DNA of 63,977 nucleotides from an uncultured Clostridia bacterium (GTDB taxonomy: Bacteria; Bacillota; Clostridia; TANB77; CAG-508). Below are positions 28,117 through 36,997 of the stretch, piece by piece. Where the stretch lies: NCBI GenBank assembly GCA_944387425.1, contig CALXEV010000004.1, positions 1 through 63,977 of the forward strand, written 5' to 3'. Every line of letters starts with the position of its first letter. The stretch's first letter is position 1. A program made the position numbers and the translations under genes. Under the pieces are notes generated by a model that saw nothing but the letters and a program-made list of their open reading frames with translations, did no database searches and had not been told where the DNA came from.

Positions 28117-28497
28117 TTACTTTCTACTATTTACCCCAATAATTCCACCAAACATTCCACATATTATTCCTATAATTATCATTATTAAAGATTGCATGTT
28201 TAGTGCAAAATTTTGACTTATAATTGATGAAATTACATATATACTTATTAGGTATATTCCTCCTATTGCACCTCCATTTATTAAACCGTTTTTATTCATT
28301 TTTAAGTTACCAATTGTGCTTCCAATAAATATACTTATTGCAGTTATTACTATAATTACAGGTGTTATTAATTTTTCACTTATGTTTGTGTATGTTAATA
28401 AAGTTGAAAATATTATTAAAAATATTATTGTAAAAAGTAAAGAAATTAATACTCCTTTGCCTATATTTATTATATTTTTTGAACTGTATTCCTCCAT
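28117..28497 (-). CDS. small multi-TM membrane protein
   Basis: Four predicted TM helices. The start is at the ATG after a TAGGAGG RBS. Confidence 0.5.
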   Translation of the reverse strand: MEEYSSKNIINIGKGVLISLLFTIIFLIIFSTLLTYTNISEKLITPVIIVITAISIFIGSTIGNLKMNKNGLINGGAIGGIYLISIYVISSIISQNFALNMQSLIMIIIGIICGMFGGIIGVNSRK

Positions 28498-28545
28498 AAC
28501 TTTTCCTCCTAATATATGTATATTCATCAAAAAAAGATAATAGAA

Positions 28546-29100
28546 CTATAATTGCTCTATTATCTCTTCTATATTTTTTATTATTTTAATAATTATTTCT
28601 TCTCTATTGAATTCTTTTTTATATTCTTTTTTTAATGATGTGGCAATTTCTTTTGTTTCTTCTGAGAATTCAGTTTCATTAACATTAAATCCTATGCTTA
28701 TTAATAAAAATGCTACATTTTCTCCTCTTGTATGAGATTCTGTTAGTATTCCACTAATTTTTTTGCCATTTAACATTAAATCATTTGGTTCTTTTATTTC
28801 TAAGTTGTAATCATACATCTCTTTTATAATTTTTTTTATTTTTTTTGCTATTTCTATTGTTAATCCATTGAGTTTTTCTATTTTTACATTAGGGTGCTTT
28901 ATAATAGTCATAGCTATATTTTTATTTTCTCCTGTGTGCCAATTTCTACCTTTTGTTCCAATACCTGCTGTTTGAGCTTCAGCAATTAATATTGCATCTC
29001 CTTGTCCTTCAATTTGTTTTCCATATACATGTGTTGAATTTATTTCTTTATAATAGTATATTGGTGTTTTTGTATATTTCTTTATTTTTTCTATATCCAT
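28546..29100 (-). CDS. biotin-protein ligase catalytic-domain protein (short, 184 aa)
   Basis: EAQTAGIGTKGRNWHTGENKNIAMT matches the BirA GRGRxGRxW region. There is no HTH and no obvious C-terminal SH3-like domain. Confidence 0.6.
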   Translation of the reverse strand: MDIEKIKKYTKTPIYYYKEINSTHVYGKQIEGQGDAILIAEAQTAGIGTKGRNWHTGENKNIAMTIIKHPNVKIEKLNGLTIEIAKKIKKIIKEMYDYNLEIKEPNDLMLNGKKISGILTESHTRGENVAFLLISIGFNVNETEFSEETKEIATSLKKEYKKEFNREEIIIKIIKNIEEIIEQL

Positions 29101-29152
29101 TTCTTTACCTCGTATTTTATTGTATCACTTCTAATTGTTTTTATCAATTATT

Positions 29153-29473
29153 TTATAGCATTTCTAGGCTTCCATATAAATTAAATACATTTGTATATCC
29201 CATATCTTCCATTACTTTTTTTACTTTTCTACTTCTTCCACCATATTCACAATATAATACTACCGATTGATTTAATTTGGGTATTTCTCTGTTTACTCTT
29301 TTTAAAATCTCAAAATCTGGTATATTTATTGCTCCTGATAAGTGTCCTTCATTATATTCTTGTATGCTTCTTACATCTACTAGTATAGCTCCTTGTGCCA
29401 CTTTTTTTCTTAATTCTTCTATATTTATTTCTCCTTGTTGCAAGCTTCTACAACATTTTCTCCTACATAGCAT
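29153..29473 (-). CDS. rhodanese-domain protein
   Basis: LVDVRSIQEYNEGHLSGAINIP ... VVLYCEYGGRSRKV active-site loop. The start was moved to the ATG at 29473 because the track ORF runs into repeat cluster 4. Confidence 0.8.
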   Translation of the reverse strand: MLCRRKCCRSLQQGEINIEELRKKVAQGAILVDVRSIQEYNEGHLSGAINIPDFEILKRVNREIPKLNQSVVLYCEYGGRSRKVKKVMEDMGYTNVFNLYGSLEML

Positions 29474-29512
29474 TTTAATCCCCTTGTATATTATATACTC
29501 ATGTATAAAAAA

Positions 29513-29596
29513 TGTTACAAAAAAGACCCGGTCCCAAATGACACCAAATGACATGTGCCAAAAAAGACCCGGTCCCAATTGAAAGAACTTGCACTA
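29513..29596. repeat. family-1 repeat cluster 4 (two A units)
   Basis: The core AAAAGACCCGGTCCCAA occurs at 29521-29537 and 29562-29578. The cluster ends 6 nt downstream of the ferredoxin stop. Confidence 0.85.
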
Positions 29597-29602
29597 ATTG
29601 CT

Positions 29603-29779
29603 CTATTCGGCTTCTACTGGTGCTTCTACTGGGCAAACTCCTGCGCATGTACCACATCCTATACATGCTGATTCATCTATAACAAAACATGTATCTCCTT
29701 GTGAAATGCATCCAACTGGACAACTTGCTGCACAAGCTCCACAACTTATACATTTATCACTTTGAATTCTATATGCCAT
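29603..29779 (-). CDS. 2x[4Fe-4S] ferredoxin
   Basis: CISCGACAASCP and CIGCGTCAGVCP. The ATG at 29779 follows a GAGGTGG RBS. Confidence 0.9.
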   Translation of the reverse strand: MAYRIQSDKCISCGACAASCPVGCISQGDTCFVIDESACIGCGTCAGVCPVEAPVEAE

Positions 29780-29809
29780 AATTATCACCACCTCTCAAAT
29801 TTCTATAGA

Positions 29810-30730
29810 TTATTCTTCATTTTCATTTTTTATTTCTAAGTCTTCATTTCCTAATTCTTCTAGCTCTTCTAATTCTTTTTGATATTGCTTCTCTTCTTCA
29901 TCTGCACGTTCTTTTACTGTATCTTTAATTACTTTTATTTCTGAAGCAGGATATTTCTTATAATTATAAATATCTCCATTTTTAAATTTTACTCTTACTA
30001 CTTCTTTTAATATTTCTATTGTGTCAATTTCTCCTTCTCCATCTGGAGTTTTTACAATTGCACCAACATTTGGAAGTCTTTTTAATTTATCTTCATAAAC
30101 ATCTTGTTCATATTTTAAGCAACACATCAATCTTCCACAATTACCAGAAATCTTTGATGGGTTTAAAGAAATATTTTGCTCTTTTGCCATTTTTATAGAT
30201 ACTGTTTCAAAATCTCTTAAAAATGAGCAACAACATAATTCTCTACCACATACTCCATTTCCACCGATTCTTTTTACTTCGTCTCTAACTCCTATTTGTC
30301 TTAATTCTATTCTTGTTTTATATATAGCGGCTAAGTCTTTAACTAATTCTCTAAAGTCTATTCTACCGTCTGCAGTAAAGTAAAATAATATTTTACTATT
30401 ATCAAATTTATATTCTACATCTGTTAATGTCATTTCAAGTCCATGCTCTTTGATTTTTTTCTTACATACTTCAAATGCTTCTTTTTCTTTTTTTCTGCAT
30501 TCTTCTGCATGTTTTAAGTCTCTTTGAGATGCTAATCTTAGAACTTTTTTCAATGGTGTTGTGATTTTTTCTTCTTCAACAAGTCTATTAGGAACTACTA
30601 CTTCAGCAATTTCTTCTCCTTGTGAAGTTTCTACTATTACATTTTCGCCTTTTTTTACCTCTAACCATTTAGGGTCAAAAAAGTATATTTTTCCAAGCCT
30701 CTTAAATCTTACTCCTATTATTTTTTTCAA
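29810..30730 (-). CDS. ricT: PSP1-domain protein RicT (YaaT)
   Basis: IIGVRFKRLGKIYFFDP plus the Cys cluster GRELCCCSFL...CGRLMCCLKYE; downstream of holB, as in Bacillus. Confidence 0.85.
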   Translation of the reverse strand: MKKIIGVRFKRLGKIYFFDPKWLEVKKGENVIVETSQGEEIAEVVVPNRLVEEEKITTPLKKVLRLASQRDLKHAEECRKKEKEAFEVCKKKIKEHGLEMTLTDVEYKFDNSKILFYFTADGRIDFRELVKDLAAIYKTRIELRQIGVRDEVKRIGGNGVCGRELCCCSFLRDFETVSIKMAKEQNISLNPSKISGNCGRLMCCLKYEQDVYEDKLKRLPNVGAIVKTPDGEGEIDTIEILKEVVRVKFKNGDIYNYKKYPASEIKVIKDTVKERADEEEKQYQKELEELEELGNEDLEIKNENEE

Positions 30731-30742
30731 ATTTATGTCCTC

Positions 30743-31645
30743 CTATATTACTTTCTGATTAATTATTTCCCACATATTAAATATAAGATTATCTATACAC
30801 ATATCATAATTACTATTTGCTTTTATCCTTTTCTTTGTATTTTCAACAATGTCTATACATTTAACATATTTATGCTCTTGTTTTCCAAATTTTAATAATA
30901 TTACATTTATAAATTCTAGTATAAAATCAATTTCTTCTTTTGATTTATATAATTGTTCTGCACTTTTCACAATATCTATTAAATCTTTGCTTTTCATTTG
31001 TTCTATGAGTTTTTCTACATTTTCATATATTTCTATGTTTTCACTTAATTTTAAAGCTTTTCCTATACTTCCTTGTGCAAATTCTATAATATTAGGACTT
31101 ATATTTTTATCAGGTTCATTTTTATTTATATAGTCTAATATTTCTGAATTTTCTATTTTATCGAAATGTAACCTTGTACATCTTGACTTTATTGTACTTA
31201 GTAAATTATTTTCATTTGAACATATTAGTATTATTACTATGTATTCTGGAGGTTCTTCTAGTGTTTTTAGTAAACAGTTTTGTGCTTCTGGTGTCATTTT
31301 ATCAGCACTATCTATTATATATACCTTGTGGTGTGATATTATTGGTTTCTCAGCAATTTTTCGTTGCATTTCTCTTATTTGTTCTATTTTTATTTTATCA
31401 TTTTCAGAATTTATAAGTTGAAAATCCGGATTGTTTTCTGAGTCAAATTCTATACATGATTTACATTTGCAATCTGGTTTATTGTCTTCTAAACAAAGAA
31501 TTTGTTTTGCAAATTCTTTGGCAATAAGTTTTTTTCCAATTCCTTCAGTTCCCCAAAAGATATAACTATGAGACATTTTTTTTAGTTTTATTGCTTTTTC
31601 TAAAATTTTTTTGCTTTTTTCGTTTCCTAATATATTTTCAAACAA
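30743..31645 (-). CDS. holB: DNA polymerase III subunit delta'
   Basis: MSHSYIFWGTEGIGKK P-loop-like segment, a Cys-rich CKCKSC segment and a TLEEPP box. Confidence 0.85.
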   Translation of the reverse strand: MFENILGNEKSKKILEKAIKLKKMSHSYIFWGTEGIGKKLIAKEFAKQILCLEDNKPDCKCKSCIEFDSENNPDFQLINSENDKIKIEQIREMQRKIAEKPIISHHKVYIIDSADKMTPEAQNCLLKTLEEPPEYIVIILICSNENNLLSTIKSRCTRLHFDKIENSEILDYINKNEPDKNISPNIIEFAQGSIGKALKLSENIEIYENVEKLIEQMKSKDLIDIVKSAEQLYKSKEEIDFILEFINVILLKFGKQEHKYVKCIDIVENTKKRIKANSNYDMCIDNLIFNMWEIINQKVI

Positions 31646-31649
31646 TTTA

Positions 31650-32303
31650 TTATTCTACTCCTCCAAATTTAGATAATGGCCAAAATCTAAAAGCTACTGT
31701 TCCTTCAATTTTTTCAAGAGGTATACATCCAAATGATCTACAGTCTTTGCTTCCTGCTCTGTTATCTCCTAATGCAAATACACAATTTTCTGGAACTGTG
31801 AAATTGTTGAAATATCCATATTCATCATTTCCTTGTAATAAATCTGTTACTACTCCATCTGGCAAATAATCTTCTTCAAGTTTTACTCCATCTATATATA
31901 CAGCTCCATCTTTGATTTCAACATATTCTCCTGGTAAGGCAATTACTCTTTTTATATAACTTGTTTTTCCTTGTTCTAAAACATAATATGTGAATTTTTT
32001 CCAAAGTCCTTGTGGTTCATTATCATATATTGCAACAGGATTTTCTAAGTCAACATCTGATTCTTTTACTCTTGTAACACTTGGTGCTTCAAATGTGATT
32101 ATATCTCCTCTTTCTGGCATTTTTTTGAATGTTCTTCCTACTCTATTTAACCATAGTCTTTCGTTCGGTTCTAATGTTGGCAACATTGATGTTTGTTGAA
32201 CTATTGTTGGAGTTCCTATATAATATCTTACAAGTAGTGCTAATACTACTGCTATTAATATACATACAATCCATTCTATTATCTCTTTTACATATGAATT
32301 CAT
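31650..32303 (-). CDS. lepB: signal peptidase I
   Basis: SMLPTL, GDIITF, KRVIALPGE and GDNRAGSKDCR boxes. Confidence 0.9.
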   Translation of the reverse strand: MNSYVKEIIEWIVCILIAVVLALLVRYYIGTPTIVQQTSMLPTLEPNERLWLNRVGRTFKKMPERGDIITFEAPSVTRVKESDVDLENPVAIYDNEPQGLWKKFTYYVLEQGKTSYIKRVIALPGEYVEIKDGAVYIDGVKLEEDYLPDGVVTDLLQGNDEYGYFNNFTVPENCVFALGDNRAGSKDCRSFGCIPLEKIEGTVAFRFWPLSKFGGVE

Positions 32304-32399
32304 TTTTATTATTTCCTCCTAAGGTAAATCGAAGATTTTCAATCTCGTATATTATATATTAAAATATCATAATTATCAAGATTATCAAACAATTTTTTA

Positions 32400-32488
32400 A
32401 ATAGTTATATATTAATATTTTAAAGACAAGACCCGGATTGTTATACCCTAGCTATGTTTTGTCTAAAAAATATTAATATATAACTATT
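32400..32488 (+). repeat. family-2 structured hairpin element, copy 2
   Basis: Perfect 21-22-bp arms ATAGTTATATATTAATATTTT / AAAATATTAATATATAACTAT around the core AGACAAGACCCGGATTGTTATACCCTAGCTATGTTTTGTCT. Confidence 0.85.
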
Positions 32489-32505
32489 AAAAATGTATGA
32501 GATTA

Positions 32506-33672
32506 CTATTCTTTTGCTTTAGTTGGTACTTTTATAACTACTTCTGTACCTTTTCCAACCTCACTTTTTATATCAATACTTCCGCCATTTCTATCAAGTA
32601 AATCTTTTGCAATAGAAAGTCCAAGACCTGTTCCTCCCATTTCTCTACTACGAGCTTTATCTACTCTATAGAATCTTTCAAATATTCGTGTCAAATCTTC
32701 TTCTGGAATGCCTATTCCATTATCAAATATTTTTATATATGCATCATTATATACAAACCCAACATATATTTTTATTTCTCCACCATCTTTAGTGTATTTT
32801 ATACTATTTGTTAAGATATTTAATACAACTCTTTCAATGTCATCTTTATCAGCATAAACATTAGGAACTTCTGCTGTTACAAAACATTTCACTTCGTGAT
32901 TTTTCTTTTTAATTTCAATTGCAAGCTTGTCCTGACATTTTTTAACTAATTCGCCTAAATCAAATAATTCTTTTTTTACATCTTCTTTATTACTATCATT
33001 TTTAGATAATGTTAATAAATCTGTTACTAATTTTGCCATTCTTCTTGCTTCTGAAGCTATAACACTTAAGAATTTACTTTGTGTTTCTTTATCATATTCT
33101 TCTTCTAATAATGTATCAGCATAACCCATTATTGATGTTATTGGTGTTTTTAGTTCATGTGATACATCTGCAATAAATTCTTTTCTCATATTATCTAATT
33201 TTACATGTTCTGTTATATCTTGTATAACTGCAATTACACCTACTGTTCTATCATTTTCTTTTTTGAATGGTGCAAAAAATGTGTTAACATATCTATCTTC
33301 TATTTGAAATCTTTCTTCAGTTGTTGTCCAATTTTCAAGATATATTATTTTTTCCAAATTTATATTTAGATGTAGTCTACCAAATATATCGTCAAAATTA
33401 TTATGTTCTGGCAATACATTCATTAATTTTTGTGCAGCTGGATTTATTAAAATGATTTTTCCATCTCTATCAAATGCAATTATTCCATCTGTCATATGCA
33501 TAAAAATACTATTATTTATATCTAAGTCATCATTTGTAACTCCTGAACCATTTATTAATCTTGTTTTTGGATACATAAATTTTTTCTTTAAATATTTTTT
33601 TATTATAATTCCAAAAATAATTAGTACAATTATATCAATTACAATCATTGCGATTAGCATTTGTAGTTCCAT
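32506..33672 (-). CDS. sensor histidine kinase (TM + PAS + HisKA + HATPase)
   Basis: H-box HELKTPITSI, N-box NSIKYT, and G-boxes DNGIGIP and GGTGLGLSIAKD. There is no adjacent response regulator. Confidence 0.9.
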   Translation of the reverse strand: MELQMLIAMIVIDIIVLIIFGIIIKKYLKKKFMYPKTRLINGSGVTNDDLDINNSIFMHMTDGIIAFDRDGKIILINPAAQKLMNVLPEHNNFDDIFGRLHLNINLEKIIYLENWTTTEERFQIEDRYVNTFFAPFKKENDRTVGVIAVIQDITEHVKLDNMRKEFIADVSHELKTPITSIMGYADTLLEEEYDKETQSKFLSVIASEARRMAKLVTDLLTLSKNDSNKEDVKKELFDLGELVKKCQDKLAIEIKKKNHEVKCFVTAEVPNVYADKDDIERVVLNILTNSIKYTKDGGEIKIYVGFVYNDAYIKIFDNGIGIPEEDLTRIFERFYRVDKARSREMGGTGLGLSIAKDLLDRNGGSIDIKSEVGKGTEVVIKVPTKAKE

Positions 33673-33687
33673 GATGCATTGTCCTTT

Positions 33688-34806
33688 CTATTTTTTTACA
33701 ATTTTTTTAATTTCTTTATAAATTTTATCTGGAACATCTTTTACAGATTTTAAAAGTGCTTTTTCTCCCATTTGTTTCATAAGTTTTGGGTCTTTTGCAA
33801 TTTTTTCAATTTCAGCATTTAAGTTATCTTTATTTAGTTCATTATTTAATATTATTTTTGCTGCTCCTATATTTTCTAAAACCTTTGCATTATATAGTTG
33901 ATGATCTTGACTTACATTTGGTAAAGGTATTAGAATTGATGGCTTTCCTAAATTTGAAATCTCTGTTATTGTCATAGCCCCACTTCTTGCTACTATTATA
34001 TCAGATAGATTCATTATTTCTTCCATGTTATATATATATGGTACTATATGAGCGTTTTTTACATTTGTTATATCTATGTTCTTTTTTGATAATTCAGTTT
34101 TTATAATGTCATATTGTTTTGGTCCAGTTGCCCAAATTATTTGATAATCTTTATTTAATTTATCTCCAAGAATTCCAATTATTGCTTCATTTATTTTTTG
34201 TGCTCCTTGGCTCCCACCAAAAATTAATACTGTTGGTAATTCTGGTTTTAGATTAATCTCTTTTAATTTTTTCTCTTTAGTTTCTTTCGAATAATCAATT
34301 TTTTTGATTTTTACAGGTGTACCTGTAAAAACTATATTTTTTGCATGTGGAATTCTATTTCTTGCTTCTTCGAAAGAAATTAATACTGTATTTGCTTTTT
34401 TAGCAAGTGTTTTTACTGCTTTTCCAGGAAATGCATTGCTTTCATGTAAAATTATTGGTATGTTTTCTTTTTTTCCAGCCCAAACAACAGGTCCACAAAT
34501 ATATCCACCTGCGCCTATTATTATATCTGGTTTAAATTCTCTTATTATTTTTCTAGCTTTTCCTGTTGCTCTTAAAGTTTTACAAATCTTTTTCAAGTTT
34601 GAAATTGATATTTCTTTACTTAATCCATATGCTTCAATTCTTTTTAATTCATATCCTGCTCTAGGAACTAAATCATTTTCTAATCCTCTATCTGTTCCTA
34701 TAAAAATTATTTCAGAGTCTTTTTCTTCTTCTTTAATTTTATTTGCTATTGCAAGCCCAGGGTTAATATGCCCACCTGTTCCTGCTGCTGCTATTATAAC
34801 TCTCAT
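33688..34806 (-). CDS. murG: UDP-N-acetylglucosamine--N-acetylmuramyl-(pentapeptide) pyrophosphoryl-undecaprenol N-acetylglucosamine transferase
   Basis: AAGTGGHINPGLAIA; dcw context. Confidence 0.92.
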   Translation of the reverse strand: MRVIIAAAGTGGHINPGLAIANKIKEEEKDSEIIFIGTDRGLENDLVPRAGYELKRIEAYGLSKEISISNLKKICKTLRATGKARKIIREFKPDIIIGAGGYICGPVVWAGKKENIPIILHESNAFPGKAVKTLAKKANTVLISFEEARNRIPHAKNIVFTGTPVKIKKIDYSKETKEKKLKEINLKPELPTVLIFGGSQGAQKINEAIIGILGDKLNKDYQIIWATGPKQYDIIKTELSKKNIDITNVKNAHIVPYIYNMEEIMNLSDIIVARSGAMTITEISNLGKPSILIPLPNVSQDHQLYNAKVLENIGAAKIILNNELNKDNLNAEIEKIAKDPKLMKQMGEKALLKSVKDVPDKIYKEIKKIVKK

Positions 34807-34827
34807 GTTGTTTTCCTTTCTTATACT

Positions 34828-35985
34828 TTATTTTGCTCCAGCTCTTGAAATACTGAGTAATACTCCTACTTCGCAAAGTAGTATAAATAACGCTGTTCCA
34901 CCATAACTGAAAAATGGTAATTGCATACCTGTTGCTGGCATTGAAGATGTAACTACTGCTACATTTATTATTACTTGTATTCCTACTAGTGTTGTAATTC
35001 CTATTGCAACTAAGCTTCCGAACATGTCTGGTGCTTTCATTGCAATTAAAATTCCTCTCCAAATGAATATTGCAAATAATATAAATACAAAAACACAGCC
35101 TACAAATCCAAGTTCTTCTGCTAAAACAGAAAATATAAAATCGTTATGTGGTTCTGGTAAGTATAAATATTTTTGTGTACTATCTCCTAGTCCTACTCCA
35201 AAAAGTCCTCCAGACCCTATTGCATATAAACTTTGTATTACTTGCCAACCAGTATTAGTTGCATCTTGCCATGGATCTAAAAATGTTATTACTCTTGTTA
35301 CTATGTATTGAAATCTAGTTTGGAAAGCATCATTTACAAAATATAATATTGTTGCTACAACTCCAACAACTCCACCTGCAACAATTCCTGATAGCGCAAA
35401 TTGCCAGAACTTACAACCAGCCATAATAATTATTACACAGCATGTAATTATTATTACCATTGATGTACTTACATGTGGCTCTAAAATAAGCAAAGCAATG
35501 ATTGGCACTAGAAATAATAGATGTTTTACTAAACCTTTCCAAAACTTACCTAAATCATTTCTATTTTTTACTAATATTCCTGCATAAAATATTATCATGA
35601 AAAATTTAACAAACTCTGATGGTTGAACTGTTGTAAAACCTAAATCAATCCATCTTTTTGCACCATGACTATCTGTTCCTATAACTAATACTAAAATAAG
35701 TGAAAAGAATGATAACCACCATGCTAATTTATAAAATTTTTGATATATTCTATAATCTATTCTTGAAATAAAATACATAGCAATTAATCCAAGAACTGCA
35801 AAAACTAATTGTCTTAAGAAATATTTATAACTGTTATTATATTCTTGCAATGAAGTTGGTGAACTTGCTGATAATAGCATAACTAATCCTATTGACAACA
35901 ACAATAGTACTGTTATTACTAATGTGAAATCAACAGGATTATTTAAAAAGCTAGAAAAACCATTTACTTTATTTTTTTTCGCCAT
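34828..35985 (-). CDS. ftsW: SEDS-family peptidoglycan glycosyltransferase FtsW/SpoVE
   Basis: 10-TM SEDS pattern; LPEPHNDFIFS and QLPFFSYGGT motifs. Confidence 0.9.
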   Translation of the reverse strand: MAKKNKVNGFSSFLNNPVDFTLVITVLLLLSIGLVMLLSASSPTSLQEYNNSYKYFLRQLVFAVLGLIAMYFISRIDYRIYQKFYKLAWWLSFFSLILVLVIGTDSHGAKRWIDLGFTTVQPSEFVKFFMIIFYAGILVKNRNDLGKFWKGLVKHLLFLVPIIALLILEPHVSTSMVIIITCCVIIIMAGCKFWQFALSGIVAGGVVGVVATILYFVNDAFQTRFQYIVTRVITFLDPWQDATNTGWQVIQSLYAIGSGGLFGVGLGDSTQKYLYLPEPHNDFIFSVLAEELGFVGCVFVFILFAIFIWRGILIAMKAPDMFGSLVAIGITTLVGIQVIINVAVVTSSMPATGMQLPFFSYGGTALFILLCEVGVLLSISRAGAK

Positions 35986-35999
35986 TTTATTCCCTTCCT

Positions 36000-36977
36000 C
36001 TATATTATTTGTAATGCAATTATACTTGCAACTAATGTAATTAAGCTAAATACTACTACAACTTTGTTTTCTTTCCATCCTGATAATTCAAAATGATGAT
36101 GTATTGGTGCCATTTTGAAAACTCTTTTTCCTGTTTTTTTGAAAAATGCAACTTGTATTATTACTGAAATTGTTTCTATTACAGGTATTATTGCGATTAT
36201 TAATAATATTAATGGCATTTTTAAATATAGTGCTATTCCTGATATTACTCCTCCTAAAAATAATGAACCAGTATCTCCCATAAAAACTTTTGCTGGATGC
36301 ATATTAAACATTAAGAACGCTAGTGTTGCTCCTATTACAATTGCTCCGAATATAACAATTTCTTTTACTTCAAACATTGTTGCTATTACAGTAAGACATG
36401 TTATTATAATCGTGCAAACACTTGGTGATAGTCCATCAATACCGTCTGTTAAATTTACTGCATTTGTTGTTGCTAAAATTACTAATATTGCAAATGGTAT
36501 ATATGCATATATAGGAATTGTAACAAATTGATTTAATATAGGTATATATGTTTCTGTTCCTAAATTTAACCCTTTTTCAATATATAATACAAATATAACT
36601 GATATTAGTAATAATCCTAACATCTTTAGACTTGGTTTAAGTCCTTTTGTATTTTTTAATATTAATTTTTTAAAATCGTCAATAAATCCAATTACTCCAA
36701 ATCCTATTGTTAATCCTAAAATTGGTAATAACTTATGTGCTACGTCTGGTTCTTTACCATTATAGTAGAAATATGCTACGACTGTTACAGCAATTATTCC
36801 TAGCATCATTATTATTCCACCCATAGTTGGGGTTCCTTGTTTTTTAAGATGTGTTTCTGGCCCATCAGTTCTTTCTATTTGACCTACTTTTAATTTTTTT
36901 AATATTGGTACTATTATTATTCCTAAAAATACTGTTATTGCAAATGTTATTAATAATAATTTTGTATGAAAATCCAT
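36000..36977 (-). CDS. mraY: phospho-N-acetylmuramoyl-pentapeptide transferase
   Basis: GTPTMGG, NAVNLTDGIDGL and GDTGSL motifs. Confidence 0.95.
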   Translation of the reverse strand: MDFHTKLLLITFAITVFLGIIIVPILKKLKVGQIERTDGPETHLKKQGTPTMGGIIMMLGIIAVTVVAYFYYNGKEPDVAHKLLPILGLTIGFGVIGFIDDFKKLILKNTKGLKPSLKMLGLLLISVIFVLYIEKGLNLGTETYIPILNQFVTIPIYAYIPFAILVILATTNAVNLTDGIDGLSPSVCTIIITCLTVIATMFEVKEIVIFGAIVIGATLAFLMFNMHPAKVFMGDTGSLFLGGVISGIALYLKMPLILLIIAIIPVIETISVIIQVAFFKKTGKRVFKMAPIHHHFELSGWKENKVVVVFSLITLVASIIALQII

Positions 36978-36997
36978 TTTATCAACCTTTCTTATGT

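Noticed and set aside
32450-32482. A 9-codon mini-ORF starting at the conserved ATG of family 2 (MFCLKNINI, MFCLKNIYI, MFLTRNINW).
   Set aside because: No Shine-Dalgarno precedes the ATG. The equal length follows from the conserved arm-proximal AATATT sequence, and copy 4 does not keep it.
34763-35062. 99-aa minus-strand ORF overlapping the murG/ftsW junction.
   Set aside because: It is an out-of-frame overlap with ftsW, the translation is low-complexity, and it has no RBS.
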